Shown: positions 43,581-44,633 of the stretch, piece by piece
How the letters are laid out: every line of letters begins with the position of its first letter
Numbering within the stretch: position 1 is the first letter of the stretch
Assembly (NCBI GenBank): GCA_002256025.1
Contig: NKIB01014337.1
Coordinates: forward strand, 1-44,633
Length of the DNA: 44,633 bases
Source of the DNA: Asterionella formosa
Lineage: Eukaryota
Direction: 5' to 3'
Position numbers and translations under genes: made by a program
Notes under the pieces: generated by a model
What the model was told of the DNA's origin: nothing
Databases searched by the model: none
The model's input: only the letters and a program-made list of their open reading frames with translations

Positions 43581-43702
43581 TGTACCTGTGGTACCAGGTA
43601 GTTTCCCTAGGTACCGGTAACAGGTACCAAGTACCAGTGCCAGTGGTACCTGATACCATCAGAGTGCATATCGGCACCTTGCTGTAACTTCACGTACCGG
43701 TA
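43581..43702. repeat. GGTACC/TACCGGTA palindromic cluster
   Basis: Read directly from the sequence. Confidence 0.8.
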
Positions 43703-43990
43703 TGGGGATGATAATATACGGGAGTTTCAGAACCGAACGCATCCCCTATTAACCAGGTACTGAGTCCTGAGTATGCTCGATTTTGTGTAGATTGTGTATA
43801 GAAAACCATAGATCCTATATACCACGGAATTATGTTCAAGGAATAAAATTTACCGGTAATACACATTACTGGTACATATTAATATTGATACTCGTTGTCA
43901 CACCATGCTCAATGCATCGTTCTTGGTTTCAAAAAAGCAGTCAGAATTCATTTGACCAGTGGATATTAATGACAAATTTTTTAACACACT

Positions 43991-44080
43991 GACGGAGAAA
44001 GAACGAAAAGACCGCAAAAGAACGCGAAATTCGCATAAGTTCGCAAAAGACGTCAAAAGACCGCAAAAGAACGGGAAAAC
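43991..44080. repeat. Degenerate 10-bp tandem repeat (GACCGCAAAA-like) x~9
   Basis: Read directly from the sequence. Confidence 0.7.
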
Positions 44081-44179
44081 CCGGATCTACGACGGTACTT
44101 TGGGAAAACGTGATGCGAGGTCGATTTTAGATAAAACACCGTTTTTGTACGTGACTTTTCGTACTTTGGAGTTTCTGTC

Positions 44180-44316
44180 AACTCCCTGGTGAGAAACTGC
44201 AGAAAGGAACTTCGGTTTTTAACTATGCTAAAAACACTCGAAAATTCAGGGGAAATCTGTTTATTTGGTTTAGTAGAAAAACCGAAGTTCCTTTCTGCAG
44301 TTGCTCGCCAGAAGTT
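44180..44316. mobile_element. MITE-like foldback (~137 bp)
   Basis: Perfect 26-bp IR AACTGCAGAAAGGAACTTCGGTTTTT (44195-44220 / 44277-44302), extending imperfectly outward; no clear TSD. Confidence 0.6.
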
Positions 44317-44505
44317 ATATACTGATGCTATTTCAAAGTTACCTATGTATCTAGATTGCCTTCAGACCCAGCCAACTTTGAGCTATCATCATCCAAAAAT
44401 TCGACAAAATCGGCCTTTTCTACTGTTGCCAAATATCGGAATCAGAATTACTATTAGCCAAAACATCATCATTGGAATAGTTGTCGTGTGCCTGAATTTT
44501 TAGTC

Positions 44506-44633
44506 CTACATCTAAGACGCGAAATACGCCACTTTTCGAAATTTCGTCTACGTATGAGTGTTAATTATGTGGTACTTCACATGCATTAATGCCACTCTTC
44601 ACGTAAAAAAGATTACTTTTAACGGTTTCATGT
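44506..44633 (-). mobile_element. Terminus of a second, inverted copy of the 4854-7774 element (runs off the window)
   Basis: Reverse complement of 7647-7774 with scattered substitutions; similarity begins exactly at the TIR end CTACATCTAAG. Confidence 0.88.

Overview
This is eukaryotic nuclear DNA, most likely from a diatom (inferred from the gene and transposon families and the short GT-AG introns). Only two genes look intact: a two-exon APC1 (9385-14673, +) and a Q/P-rich protein with a diatom-type 'GQVGIQCRHC...GGKQYW' domain (25080-26507, +). The rest is mostly decayed, nested mobile DNA: two tRNA-derived SINE families (one full copy with a 17-bp TSD), a 3' LINE remnant, non-autonomous TIR elements (one with a 3-bp TSD, present twice), two MULE-transposase-derived pseudogenes and a Plavaka-type transposase pseudogene. 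The best candidate for an undescribed system is at 34-43.5 kb. There the Plavaka transposase lies co-oriented with a multi-copy accessory ORF and a 2OG-Fe(II) dioxygenase pseudogene, and paralogous fragments of these genes recur elsewhere in the window. Also notable are a GC-rich ~170-nt hairpin just upstream of APC1 and stacks of palindromic TAC...GTA motifs that may be transposon excision footprints. All family calls come from motif recognition by eye; no database searches were run.
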